Translations under genes and position numbers: made by a program
DNA from: Paraphysomonas bandaiensis
Taxonomy: Eukaryota; Protista; Chrysophyceae
Reading direction: 5' to 3'
DNA: 64,000 bases
Assembly (NCBI GenBank): GCA_965644295.1
Contig: CBFFRP010000296.1
Location: 1-64,000, forward strand
The notes under the pieces: generated by a model
The model's database searches: none
What the model saw: only the letters and a program-made list of their open reading frames with translations
Told to the model about the DNA's origin: nothing
Shown: in pieces, positions 26,665 to 38,778 of the stretch
Position numbering within the stretch: the stretch's first letter is position 1
Layout of the letters: each line of letters starts with the position of its first letter

Positions 26665-27640
26665 TTAATCCTGAAAGGGATGGTGGCCCCTGCTCCAAAT
26701 CATCTGCAATATTAGATGTAGCATATTATGAAGTAGCCCTCCAGTAATATTATTGAAGTATAGTTTTGAAATCTTGGTGACAGATCGCTTGTATTGATCT
26801 TCTACAGCCGAAGAATGGAATATATCGTGGAATGTTTGACAATCTGTGCTTGAAAAACTTGATATTTCAATAACATATTTTATTAAGACAAAATTACTAT
26901 TGGGTACGTAAACATTTAGATTCGGATGGACCATTCAACACTGTTATTATGCTGGAACAGACGATCGGGCTGCAGACATATATTAGCAAAATTATTGTAT
27001 GGTGTGATAATATACATGAGAAGCATAGAGAAAGATGCCAGGGCGAGGATCAGAAACAGTCGGTTGAGAGGTCCTCAGAGAAGATTCGTATAAACAACGT
27101 AGAGGATCATAGTTTCCAAAGTAGCCCGCAATGTTGTTTTTTTAATAAGCAACATCCGAAGGGGGGATCACCTAATACCTTTCATGTGATGCCTTTCAAA
27201 CGGCTAGTGGCTGCCCACTTAAGCTCTCCAGGTAGAACTTTAAGCTGCAAACTGTTTATCCAGCTAAACCAATTCCCACCACAAAAAAAGGTTTACTAAC
27301 CTTGCCATAATTAATTCACTTGCTTACAATTAACTCTTTTTTCGGAGTTATGGTATTGAAGCATATCCTTCTCACTGAAGTATTGGTCGACGATTTCGTG
27401 TGCTTCTGCCACTGGTTGGACAGCCCCGAAGATTGAGCTGACACAAGTGTTTCAAACCACTTTTCGAGATCTTCCTTGTGTTTGTTTAGAATGGCAGTCA
27501 ATGTATTACTGGCGGGCCTCACTGGTGGTTCCTCGAGTCCTAAAAATGGTTTCGATTATTTCTCATGATGAGTCATACTTTGAGTTTCTTTGTCCAATTG
27601 ATCACACCAAACTAATAGAATTTCGAAAGCTGCTTCTAGT
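26665..27640 (-). pseudogene. Degenerate coding-like remnant, probably transposon-derived
   Basis: Short broken ORFs with protein-like composition and no splice structure. Family not recognised. Confidence 0.25.
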
Positions 27641-27842
27641 CTAAACTACTACCCGCTACCACCATACTAACATTTGACATTTTGGATGATAGAAATTAAT
27701 CTACTAAATCTTCAAACTTACTTTATATACGGAATTGTGATCAACATCTCTCATCTTTCATTGTCGTTCACTAAGTTTATATTCTCACAACTACCTACTA
27801 TCGATACTTTATCGGATCATAAATAGAGACCATCATATATAT

Positions 27843-28390
27843 CCCTCAACAAGTCGGACTCACAACTTCTCGTGGTGTTCTGGGGGATAAATACCGGAGA
27901 TATTTCTCCAAGAATCTAACGTGAGCCGCATATATATAGAGTCAGCAGATATTGTTCTGCCCACTCGAAGCCTAATGCTGGTGTCACTTGTGAGTAGACG
28001 TCTTTGAATCCTCTGACGAATAAACAGGCATCCCGAAAAAGGCCTACCTCAAGGACATCCGGGAATGGGCCCACCTCAAGGGTAACCGATGTATTGTGGA
28101 CTGCCTACTGAAGTCAAGCATCCGGGAATGGGCCCACCTTAAGGACTCAAAACTTTTGAAGTTAGCAGATGTCAGTTATATCAACATTGTGCTTGCTCAC
28201 TGTGTTCGCTTTGAGTGACAGAGCGAAAGTGGTTGCACCTTGGTGCTCGCGGTGAAGCACAAGCAGCTTTCGTTGCGTTTAATAGTAGGATATCAGACTA
28301 AAGCACAAGCTAGTTAACTAAATTTAAATGCTACATTAGTTCTGACTCTTAAACGCCTATTGCCAATAAGAAAACATTTACTATGACTAT
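27843..28390 (+). mobile_element. Composite non-autonomous retroelement (repeat body plus diverged LINE 3' tail), SINE-like
   Basis: 27843-28218 matches 11760-12165. 28219-28390 is a diverged homologue of the LINE 3' UTR (GTGGTTGCACCTTGGTGCT...ACGCCTATTGC). A body-to-tail linkage recurs at 53596. Confidence 0.6.
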
Positions 28391-28723
28391 CTTATGTAGT
28401 CAGTATATTTAGTTTGTCTAAAAACTATCTCACAGTTTACCGTTAGATTTTATGGAATACTGTCTCTGACAACTGTTTTATTAAAAAAGAAACGGTTATA
28501 ATTTAAAAATTTTAAAAGACAGCTTTTAATAAATTACAGATAAGCTGAACTCAACATGTTTGATATTTCAAGAGATGATATCGATGTCATCTGACTGATA
28601 AGTTGATCACTACTTGTGATATCACACGCTTGTGACATAAACGAAGAAGGTTACCAGTATCAGTTGGTCGTGTAATAGCAGCACTGTATCACTTCTGGGC
28701 TTGATTGTCAATACATTAGATAA
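27911..28723. repeat. 813-bp direct repeat, copy 1 (left flank of LINE insertion)
   Basis: Identical by eye to 30287-31099; offset is 2376 at both ends. Confidence 0.95.
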
Positions 28724-30286
28724 GTAGTGAATGTCTGATTATTTAGCAATAGGCGTTGAGACCTTGCATCAATTAGTGGCTAGAAGAATGCTAGTCATAC
28801 TAGTTAGACCACTACCCGTAACTAATCAATACAAACTCTTTTATCCTACTATTTAACGCTACGAAAGCTGCTTGTGCGTCGCCGCAAGCACCAAGGTGCA
28901 ACCACTTCCGTTCTTTTTGTGTGATATGAAATTCGTCTTTATCGTGTGTCCGTGGACTCACCGGCGCTTTTGATCTGGGGGTCTCCCTTTGGGATGGGTC
29001 TCCATTGGTTTTGGAGGGGGCTCAGCATTCTGAATTAGGGTCCTGAGTGCACCTAGTTCCAGATGTGTGGGTTGGGAGTGGTGGGGATTGTTGGGAGGAG
29101 GAGTTGGGTTTGTAGTCTGTGTTACTGTGCTCCTGTGGGGCCGCGGGTGTAGATAGAGTTGTCGAAGCCGTCGGCGTTGTGGAGGTCTGGGCAGTCCAGT
29201 GCTCTGTCGGGTAGGACCTGTGAGGTGTGCACGTGTGTCTGGAGTCGGATACGCTGTGGGGGGTCTTCGTTGGACCCCTAGTAGTCGAAGGACTCTCGGA
29301 CGTTGTCTTGACTGACTGCGTTTCGGACGGGGTCTCGGGAGTAGCCTGGGCGGCCTTTTGGACATGGTGATATAGCGACAACCGCGATCCTGTAACATAA
29401 GCTTCGCTGCAGTGTAAAGCGGTTGCAGGAGATTAATAACCACTGTTTCTAGGTTCCGTAGACTGTGAGCCGTCAGGTGGTTGTGTATGTCATCTCCGAA
29501 GACCGTTTCCAGTTGGGCTGCTGTGATGGTTCCAGTCCAGTATCTCTCGACCTGTGGGATGGAGGGATTCCAGGCTCTGCTGGAGAGTCTCCGTAGTGCA
29601 GATGTGATCCAGTTGGGTAAGGTCTGAGTTCTCTGTATTTCGTGTAGCACATTTTTATGCGATTGAAATGCAGTTTCCCTTATTTGGGTGATGGATTCAT
29701 GTGTGCAGTCGAGGCACATATGTTTTAGGGAATCTAGTCGAAACCCGCAGTCAGAGCATGCGGCTTTGGTCAGGTCAAGCCCCTGTTTGGTTTTGGCCCG
29801 GTTCCTCCCTATGCAGAAAGATTTGTCCCATGTCAGTGCCGTGTTGAGAATTCTTTGGCGTAGATTTGAGCTGAGTTTGTCTTTGGATGCACTGCCATCC
29901 GCTTGAGCTAGTTTGCGCGGGAGGTGTACTCCGCTATTGGTCCAGTAGCCAGGCGCTCGATCAGGATTGTTTCCGTAGCGTTGATCTCTGGTTGAAGTGT
30001 AGTTCTCAAGTGTCCTTAGGTCGCAGAGATCTTGGAAATCAGTAAGGAGTGGGCTAGAGTAGTATGGCCGTCTTGTACTGTGCAAACGCCAGTGCCATAA
30101 TCCAGCGGTTAGTAAGCGTTCAATGGCACTGTCAATCGCAATTGTACAGACAGTGTAGTTATTTTTTCCAAGGATGCGATCGACTTCATGCCAGTCTTCA
30201 CCCGCGACTGCGTCCGCAATATAGATGCCCTTGTCCTCAAACGTCCACTCCGTTTCATCTGTGGTACGTCGTTCGGGATGGGACCT
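28724..30286 (-). mobile_element. 5'-truncated non-LTR retrotransposon (LINE): RNase H C-terminus, CCHC zinc knuckle, basic tail and 3' UTR
   Basis: Uninterrupted ORF to stop 28958: RSHPERR...DKGIYIADAVA (RNase H end), CSDCGFRLDSLKHMCLDC, R/P/T-rich tail. 3' UTR ends CATTCACTACT. The first ~17 codons of the track ORF come from the flanking repeat. Confidence 0.88.
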
Positions 30287-31099
30287 AGAATCTAACGTGA
30301 GCCGCATATATATAGAGTCAGCAGATATTGTTCTGCCCACTCGAAGCCTAATGCTGGTGTCACTTGTGAGTAGACGTCTTTGAATCCTCTGACGAATAAA
30401 CAGGCATCCCGAAAAAGGCCTACCTCAAGGACATCCGGGAATGGGCCCACCTCAAGGGTAACCGATGTATTGTGGACTGCCTACTGAAGTCAAGCATCCG
30501 GGAATGGGCCCACCTTAAGGACTCAAAACTTTTGAAGTTAGCAGATGTCAGTTATATCAACATTGTGCTTGCTCACTGTGTTCGCTTTGAGTGACAGAGC
30601 GAAAGTGGTTGCACCTTGGTGCTCGCGGTGAAGCACAAGCAGCTTTCGTTGCGTTTAATAGTAGGATATCAGACTAAAGCACAAGCTAGTTAACTAAATT
30701 TAAATGCTACATTAGTTCTGACTCTTAAACGCCTATTGCCAATAAGAAAACATTTACTATGACTATCTTATGTAGTCAGTATATTTAGTTTGTCTAAAAA
30801 CTATCTCACAGTTTACCGTTAGATTTTATGGAATACTGTCTCTGACAACTGTTTTATTAAAAAAGAAACGGTTATAATTTAAAAATTTTAAAAGACAGCT
30901 TTTAATAAATTACAGATAAGCTGAACTCAACATGTTTGATATTTCAAGAGATGATATCGATGTCATCTGACTGATAAGTTGATCACTACTTGTGATATCA
31001 CACGCTTGTGACATAAACGAAGAAGGTTACCAGTATCAGTTGGTCGTGTAATAGCAGCACTGTATCACTTCTGGGCTTGATTGTCAATACATTAGATAA
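30287..31099. repeat. 813-bp direct repeat, copy 2 (right flank of LINE insertion)
   Basis: Identical by eye to 27911-28723. Confidence 0.95.
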
Positions 31100-31104
31100 T
31101 AAAA

Positions 31105-31757
31105 TGTTGAGTTCTGCAGCATATGGCAATATATATTGTGCAATTCAACAGTGTGCAATAGTTGAAATCAATTATAGGTGTAACGGGTGAATATACTTAC
31201 AAATATAGCAAATTCAGTTACTGATGTGTAATTAATTGTGATATGGGAGTAGCTGGTGAAACATATGAAAACAGATGTTTCTGAAAACAGATTATTGAGT
31301 TTTGCTGTAATTCGAAGGCATTTGAATTGTGACCGTTACTCGAAGAATACAGTATTGGTTAACTGTATGATGAGAACAAATGTTATGATAGCAATCGTTG
31401 TAGTAAAGCTAAAATATATTGATCGTATAAGATCGTATGAAAATGATTGGTAGTTGAGACTACATGAATTTGGCGAATGGCAATGAATGGTATAAGTGAT
31501 ATTGATTATAATCTAAGCATTGGATGTGTATCAAGTTTGTTATTTAAGATTAGAACATCCGTAAAATATAATCTTAACACAGATGTTTACCAAATTTTAT
31601 ACAAGTATGTTGTGAAGTGTTGTGATTCATAATTATAACTCTTTCTTTAAAGTACGTTGTGTGCAGAAAAGCAAGGTTAATGTTTATGTGTAGAGCAAGG
31701 TTACTTAAGTGAAATGTCCAATTCTAACTTAAAGCACTGCCTCAGAGTATTTCAACA
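31105..31757 (+). mobile_element. Solo LTR (TGTTGA...TCAACA), Copia-associated family
   Basis: TG..CA inverted termini. Homologous to the sequence following the Copia RNase H and PPT at ~42070. No matching TSD found. Confidence 0.65.
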
Positions 31758-32306
31758 CTTTTACTCAATGTATAAACAGGTTTATTGATCGTTTACCTTT
31801 ATCAATACTTATTTATTACCTATTCGATAGGCTCAAACTTTCTCTGTAAAATGCAACTCATAAACATGATTGCTGCGTTGATATATTTCCTCTCATGTAG
31901 TCATATATAGGATAACAATAGATTTAACCTATATGAAAGTAAAATGTTTATACAATGCGTACAGTACGAGCACACTTTATTCAAACACATTTAACATGCC
32001 TTGAAGGTTGTGTAGCAAGCTATTTCTCTCCCATAGAAAATAGAAAAGGCTTGTATAAATTTATCGGACATAAATTTGACGTATAAAATTTTAAATGATA
32101 AGCAGAAAGTAGAGTAAAGATATATCAATTAAGCAAACTACTATTTTCAACGCAAATAGTGCAGCATCTTATGGTCAATTCTTACAGTAACCTTAAGAAT
32201 ATAATGCTGAAACGACACCGTAAATTAAACAGCAACTTTAATTTAGATCGCGATTAGTTATGCGAATACAGTATTATAATATATGCATAAGGTACAATAA
32301 AGAGAA

Positions 32307-32762
32307 TTATGCTTTCGAATGAAGATATAGAAGAAAGGTAGAAGGAAGCGACTCGCGTCGCGAAACACTCTTGGATATCATTCGGTTTTTACGCACTTGG
32401 ATTGCCCATTCTTCATGACAAGCTAGATCTCTTGTAGCAGATGTCGGGGAAGAAATTAAAGGAAGACTTGAAAAAGATTTACTCTCAATCTCATCATGAA
32501 ATAAACACTGCGACTCCCCCCTTCTCAGTTTATTCTCAGGACATTTCTCTAATTCAGCGATTAGGTTTATGTTATCCCTGTGATCGGGAGCACGAGGAGA
32601 AGGAGGGGAACAGTCAGATGATTCGGATGATGAGGGTCTCTCCTCATAGCGAATAACAGTCGGACTGAGGTCGAATCGCACAGACCTCTTCTCTCTTCTC
32701 TCGTCACTGTAAAGGTGAACCCTATCAGGAGGAATCAGACTGAGAGAGGAAAAATCTATCAT
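32307..32762 (-). CDS. Orphan Ser-rich 151-aa protein with RVxF-type motif (KRSVRF)
   Basis: Clean ATG-TAA ORF with coding-like composition, head-to-head with the sulfotransferase (324 bp), like other real genes here. Confidence 0.55.
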   Translation of the reverse strand: MIDFSSLSLIPPDRVHLYSDERREKRSVRFDLSPTVIRYEERPSSSESSDCSPPSPRAPDHRDNINLIAELEKCPENKLRRGESQCLFHDEIESKSFSSLPLISSPTSATRDLACHEEWAIQVRKNRMISKSVSRRESLPSTFLLYLHSKA

Positions 32763-33086
32763 ATCACTCTCTCTCTCTGCCTTATCTGCTACTCAACATA
32801 TCTGATGACGGGTATGCTCTCTACGCATGCATGTAAAGTATGGAGTGTGTTGTGCAGGCAGGTCAACAGGCAGGTCTGTTGAAGTGCGTCGGGTGAGGAA
32901 TACACGAATGAGAAATGCGTGTGTGGGTACTCGGGTCTGATATACTGCGTATACTTCATACTACACTTTCGAGGTTCCACCAGAGTATACAACGGAATAC
33001 CAAAGTATACTGGCGTAGTTCTTCCAGCTCACTGTTAGAAGGAGTGCTTGTTAAACTAGTTGATAGTTCTACAGTGATAGAAATAC

Positions 33087-35719
33087 ATGCAGAGGATGCA
33101 CGCATGGCTATATCTGTTATGTGTGCTGTATGCGGTCTGCATTAATCTCATCCCTGCTGATGCTGCAGGTTTGGTGGTGAGGTATAATTGGTAGTAACTC
33201 ATATCCATGCAGATGCCTTCTGCGACACTGTGGGCTATGGGTCGCAATCGACTCTATGCTGTTATGTGAAGTCCGAGGGAAAATGTTTGCCCAGTTTTGT
33301 TGTGGCTGGGACTCAGAAATCTGGCACCACTGCATTGGCAGGTGAGAGCTGTGTTCCATAAACAATTCGAATAACACGCCTGTCTTGCAGCTCAGCTGGC
33401 GCAACATCCGCATATAAGTTTTTCTCCACGTAAAGAACTGCATTTTTTTGACCGACGTAAAGCTTATGACAAAGGAGTTACTTACTATCTAGAGAAGTTC
33501 AAATACTGGAATCGCACCACTCTTCAGGCATCTAGGATGAAGCTTATTGATAATCTGACCATGCCGCTCTTTGCCGAAGCTACTCCTTATTATATTGCTT
33601 CGAGAGATGCCTGCAAACGTATATCTGAAACGATGCCCGAGGTGAAATTAATAGTTCTACTTCGCGAACCAGTGGCAAGGGCATATAGTGAGTATCAAAT
33701 GAAGAAAAGGTACAGGGCTGAGTATAAATGCTTCGCTCGTGATACATTGATGTATGTGTATTTAATGCCCCAATAATATGCACTCATTCAGGCGCGTGCT
33801 GTCACAAAATAGCTTTATAGATCTCATTCATAATAATGTTGAGACTGTCCGTGCGTGCTTGGTTCTTCATCCTGGAAACTGGAAATCACTTGGAAGTTGT
33901 TTGCCGAGTGAGATATCCGCACATGATCACTACAACAAGTTTGTGACTTCTTTGAAAACATTGTATACCTCAGCCAGTAATAAATCCAAAGGTGATAACA
34001 TTGACAGTACAAAGAGTAATGATTGGAATGGATATGTAGTGAAGCAATTCTAATCCTGGTTGTAGGAGGATGTAGTGGGTGCAGTGGAGTATCAAGTGAT
34101 AACATGGGGCAAGCCCACAAGGACACGGGGAGTACCTCTGCATGGGCAGAAATGATACTTCATTGCTTTGATAGATACCCTGAGTTGCCATCACTTACTT
34201 TATCGAACTCTCACGACGTGGTTTATGCTTCGCAATTATCTACAAATTTTTTATCCAATACTTCGACACCAAGAGGAATTGATGTTGGTAGGTCGGACGG
34301 TAATAGTTCTGCACGAAAGAAATATTCCTTGAGTATTGAGGTGAACATATGACACTGTGTATCAATGGTGCAATTTTTGTACGGCTTATTGTTTGAAGCA
34401 TTGATTGTAGGTTGGACATTCAGAATATATGCTATCTCCCCACTTCACCCCTACACTTACGACCGTGCCGTCAGGTATATACTATCACGTTCATGATACA
34501 TTCGATGGGCATTCTATATGGTGATTAATGCGTAGTATATTTTTTAGTGGTGCTCTATGAAATGTGAACGTATCAGATGTATGTTTATATGACCTTAGTG
34601 TATATCGCATGGTATTCCTTTCGAAAGGTGATTATTTTGTGCAGTACCTGAATTTGTTTCAACGTCGTCATTCCTCTCGAACAAGCGCCATTTTCACCCA
34701 GTGCGTTGTATGGGCAAGTGAGTACACTGCTGTTCTGTGCTGTTGGTTGAACATTGGGTTCATGAGCCTGATGTGAGATTTGTATTTCGGAACTAGGAAT
34801 GCCAAGGAGGAGCTTACACCACTATACCCAGCATTTCAACAAGAAATGTCTTCAATGCATAGATGCGGAGTACCCGAACTTTTTTCCGGTATGCTAATTT
34901 TTTAGTGTTAATGTGACCAACAGAGTTTGATATGTGCATGATGTGTCGTTTTTCTGATGATGTCATTGATAGGTTCTCTTAGTGATATGGATAAAGCAAT
35001 AGAAAAGTGCGTGAAAGTTAGATCTGGGATATCGGAGCAGTATATTTATAGGTCCCTCTACGCTATACAACTTTACCACTGCATGAAGGTGGGCTGTACC
35101 ACCTTTAGTTTATTCATTTTATACTCTGCTTGCGACACATTGTTCATTCGCTCTCAAAATTGTCGTTGTAACTTCATTTCACAGTTTATTCCGAAGGAGC
35201 AATTTCTTATACTCTCCAGTAATTCCCTCACTGGGAACATGCGAAACCACACAATGTTCAAGGTATTATGGTCTTGAGAGATAAAATGGACTACCATTTA
35301 GATTTAATATACCTGATTATGTGTTTCACATTATATTTTGTGGTATAGATTTGGGAGTTTTTGGGGATATCGCCACCAGAACACATCCGTGGTCATGCAG
35401 TAGAGCCGCTAGTAGAAATCCAAAATTTTGTAACTGAAATCTTTCCAGGTAGTTACTGGTGTTGTTTTTGTGAATTTGAGGAATGTACACGGCGTTGATG
35501 AGATGATTGGATATTTTTGTATATTAATTTGTCGATTGCTATGTGAGCATAAATAATTTGTTTACAGATTTTGAAAAAACAACAGGTTGGCGACTGAAGA
35601 GTGAATACGATCCCTTGCCTGAAGATCTTAAATATGAATTAGAAGCTTTTCTGCAGCCATTTAATGAACGGTTGGATGAACTTTTGGGAAATAACTTTAG
35701 CTATGAGTGGTATGTATAA
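33087..35719 (+). CDS. Secretory-pathway PAPS sulfotransferase (heparan-sulfate 3-O-ST-like), multi-exon
   Basis: Hydrophobic N-terminus MQRMHAWLYLLCVLYAVC. 5'-PSB CLPSFVVAGTQKSGTTAL, KELHFFD, AEATPYY, 3'-PB KLIVLLREPVARAYSEY, YRSLYAIQL, and C-terminal LEAFLQPFNERLDELLG..W. Confidence 0.88.
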
Positions 35720-36506
35720 ATATTGCTTCTATATTATACAACTTTAGTTACTCCAATTATGCATGCAAAGCACTTTATACTTTTATTGAAATCTTGTGAG
35801 TCTGGATCATGCCACAAGCCTTCGTGATCTGTTGACCCTTTGAAAGTAATTGGCATTCTCACTGCAGTGAGCTTGCACTTTTAGGGTTAGGGTTACTTCT
35901 ATTCTTAATGTTGAAAGTTATTGTCTCGGGTATGATTAGTGGAATATTTCCGAGGCGTTTTTACTGTCGTGATTTTAGAACTTTCTTAACTCATAATCGT
36001 TTGCGCTCTTACCTTCCTGAACACTTCATTATTATCCTTTTCTGCGCTGGAAGTGGATCCATGCTTATATGCTATGGCTACACTCTTTTTATCTGAGTTT
36101 TTGGAATTGTGACAAGAGTTATCCTATTATCAATAAAATATCCGATATCTATTATCTATTTTATGCGGATGCATCCAAGCGACCAATCTTTCAGTCAACC
36201 ACGTAACAAAGCAGGTGCCAGGGTGATATACTGTCACATAAATAATTGAACTTTATGATTTTGTTTCATCCGTTTAAATTGCTTTGAAGTATTTTGAAAT
36301 CATAAAACGCTTTCTTCATTACTTATTTACAAGACTTCTTTCACTTTTTAAAATTCTATTCAAGGGTTTGTGTCTTTTACAATGCATTAAATGCCACCAC
36401 TACTAATATCAAACCATTAGATATTGTTGACATTCTAATTCAGTTGATATGTAATGGCATTACATGCGTACATTCAGATGAAATTGATTTTCGAAGCATA
36501 TTATCT

Positions 36507-36697
36507 GAACGGAAGTGGTTGCACCTTGGTGCTTGCGGCGACGCACTAGCAGCTTTCGTAGCGTTAAATAGTAGGATAAAAGAGTTTGTATTGATTAGTT
36601 ACGGGTAGTGGTCTAACTAGTATGACTAGCATTCTTCTAGCCACTAATTGATGCAAGGTCTCAACGCCTATTGCTAAATAATCAGACATTCACTACT
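36507..36697 (+). mobile_element. 191-bp LINE 3'-tail insertion with 12-bp TSD (AGCATATTATCT)
   Basis: Reverse complement of 28723-28913 with one mismatch by eye. TSD copies at 36495-36506 and 36698-36709. Confidence 0.92.
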
Positions 36698-38292
36698 AGC
36701 ATATTATCTAACGTATAAAATAAGTGCAGTCGGCATATAAGTTTCTTATTGGTTTTCTATAGTATTTGCTTCAAACTAGAATACCTATGTAGTTCCACAT
36801 CCTCTTCATTTCGTGGGAATCGAACCCCACAACCTTACGATGGACAGGACGTCATCAGAGGTATCAGAGAACGACATTTTCATAGAATAATATTCTTGTA
36901 CTTGTCTATCAGCACCAATCCAAGCACATACATATTGTTTCCTTGCCTGAAGAAGGTCATAATATCGATGGATTTATTGTTGATAAGGGACCTCGATTTA
37001 TCTCGAAGACTGCCGCGACTATTCGTGCAGACATAATAAGGCTTGACATCAATGTCCCCTGAGAATAAATATATAATATATAATATATATCGCACATGTA
37101 CGGCTGGTGGATAAGGAAAATAGAGGCTACATTGCCCCACAATTCCGGACAGTTGTAGTCAAGAGCGAAATAGGTCTTGCGTTTGAGTTTGGAAGGCGCC
37201 TCCCAAGTAACATACAAATACTGAGGTCCCTGTAATGCAGTGATCAGTACTCCATTAATATGCATAAGTGCAATATAAAACCTATTCATGCGCTTGCAGT
37301 GCTAAGGCCCTGGATCCACAACAACGCACGTGTTCATGAGGCAGTCTGATAGTACGTGATCTGAAGTATAGCAAAATGATCAGTGCATGAAACGCTTACG
37401 CTGGAGTTGGCACGGTGTAGTTCTGACAGATGTATCAGCAAGACATACCACACACCTCCTGAGTCTGATTATAGAATGAGATTCTGGGGTGTTGCTCTAA
37501 AGATCATGTACTGGAATACCGGGTGTGCCAATGTAGAAGCACCGCCATTCCAGTCCGCGGTCAGGTACACCTGATAAAAGCAATGTACGAAGTTGTCCTC
37601 TCTGTCACTCCTCCACTCCCATGAACTGCATCACGAAGCAGAATAAATATTTTTTTAGCATATGCTGCACGCACTATCTTAACATGGCGTTGTATAAACC
37701 AGTAATACATATATACCCACAGTTACCTTCTTGACAGGACTTTGAGCGGTCTCTGAATACATAACCACTGCAGTGTACAGGTCATAACAACTGCAGTGCA
37801 CAGGTCATTAGTACCAGCATCATTGTTCTATAATTCGTAACTTGTACTTCAACATATTAGCGGGCCGGCAAATCATATTACCCAGTGACTCATCTTAAAC
37901 ACTTTTGGAGTAAGTCTTCAGGTGCATTCATATGTGTAGTGTTGTTGTAAAACTTATATACTCTTTTCTATAACATGTTTGAACTTTAGAGTTATTGATA
38001 TGAGCTTCCTACGGCATCAGTGAATACATCCTCAAGATACATGTGTTGGAGTCATTGATTTCCATCATATTTATAAGCATGGCGGATAATACCCACTACA
38101 ACAAATATATTAAAAATAGCTGACTCCTTATTCATTTATGATACTTGCATTGACAATGTCGCAGGTCATCACTGCATTGCTTCAAGAAGTACTATTGTCG
38201 CAAACTAAAAAGGTTTCCACAATATAAACACAGTATCACAAACTATCTTCACTCTCACATCTTTATTCACATATCAGCACTATATTTGAGGA

Positions 38293-38573
38293 TTATTTCT
38301 TTCTTCTTCTCGCCTGTGAATCGCTTTACTTTACGGAAAGTCATACGATACCGTCCATACCTTTTCAAAGCATTTACTAAGCTGTACAAATTCCTTCTGG
38401 CAGCTTCCCTTTCCCAACCCCCCGGCTTCATTACTGGCAGCTACACACTGAGCGTACTTTGATATCTGCGCATATGTTATGCACTCAACTCAATGAGCGT
38501 ATGATCCACTGACCTCAAGAGGACACGACGTTACCATCTTACCGAATATCTGTCCCATTTGCGTGGGCTTCAT
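38293..38573 (-). CDS. NDUFAF8: Twin CX9C mitochondrial IMS protein, NDUFAF8-like, 61 aa, 3 exons (not in ORF track)
   Basis: Exons 38573-38514, 38465-38361 and 38313-38293 with 48- and 47-nt GT-AG introns give MKPTQMGQIFGKMVTSCPLEISKYAQCVAASNEAGGLGKGSCQKEFVQLSKCFEKARRRKK*. Two exact CX9C motifs with the Y..CV and C..EF..L..CF pattern. Confidence 0.85.
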
Positions 38574-38778
38574 GGCTATACGCCAGGACAGTACGGATAT
38601 TCACAAACAGCCGATGTATATAATGACCTCCCAATTCCCTATCAGCGCTGCTGATGACACTGAGCTGAGATGCTGCTGTGCGTATTTTAGGGTGCAAACA
38701 AATGTAGCACGTATTCTTCTGTATTCCAGTGACCAATGAGAATCCACCTGCCCCTTCTCACATTTTATAATTAAAGGT

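Noticed and set aside
28010-28045. Hammerhead-like CTGACGA...CGAAA (also CTGATGA...CGAAA on the minus strand at ~36805-36860)
   Set aside because: The stem II closing pair and stems I/III cannot be formed by eye.
27911-31099. 813-bp repeats as LTRs or Penelope pseudo-LTRs
   Set aside because: There are no TG..CA ends, PBS or PPT. The repeat starts inside an older element, and the insert is a LINE 3' part with its own tail.
35879-35896. Interstitial telomere seeds (also ~48296-48309)
   Set aside because: Only about two units each, too short to distinguish from chance.
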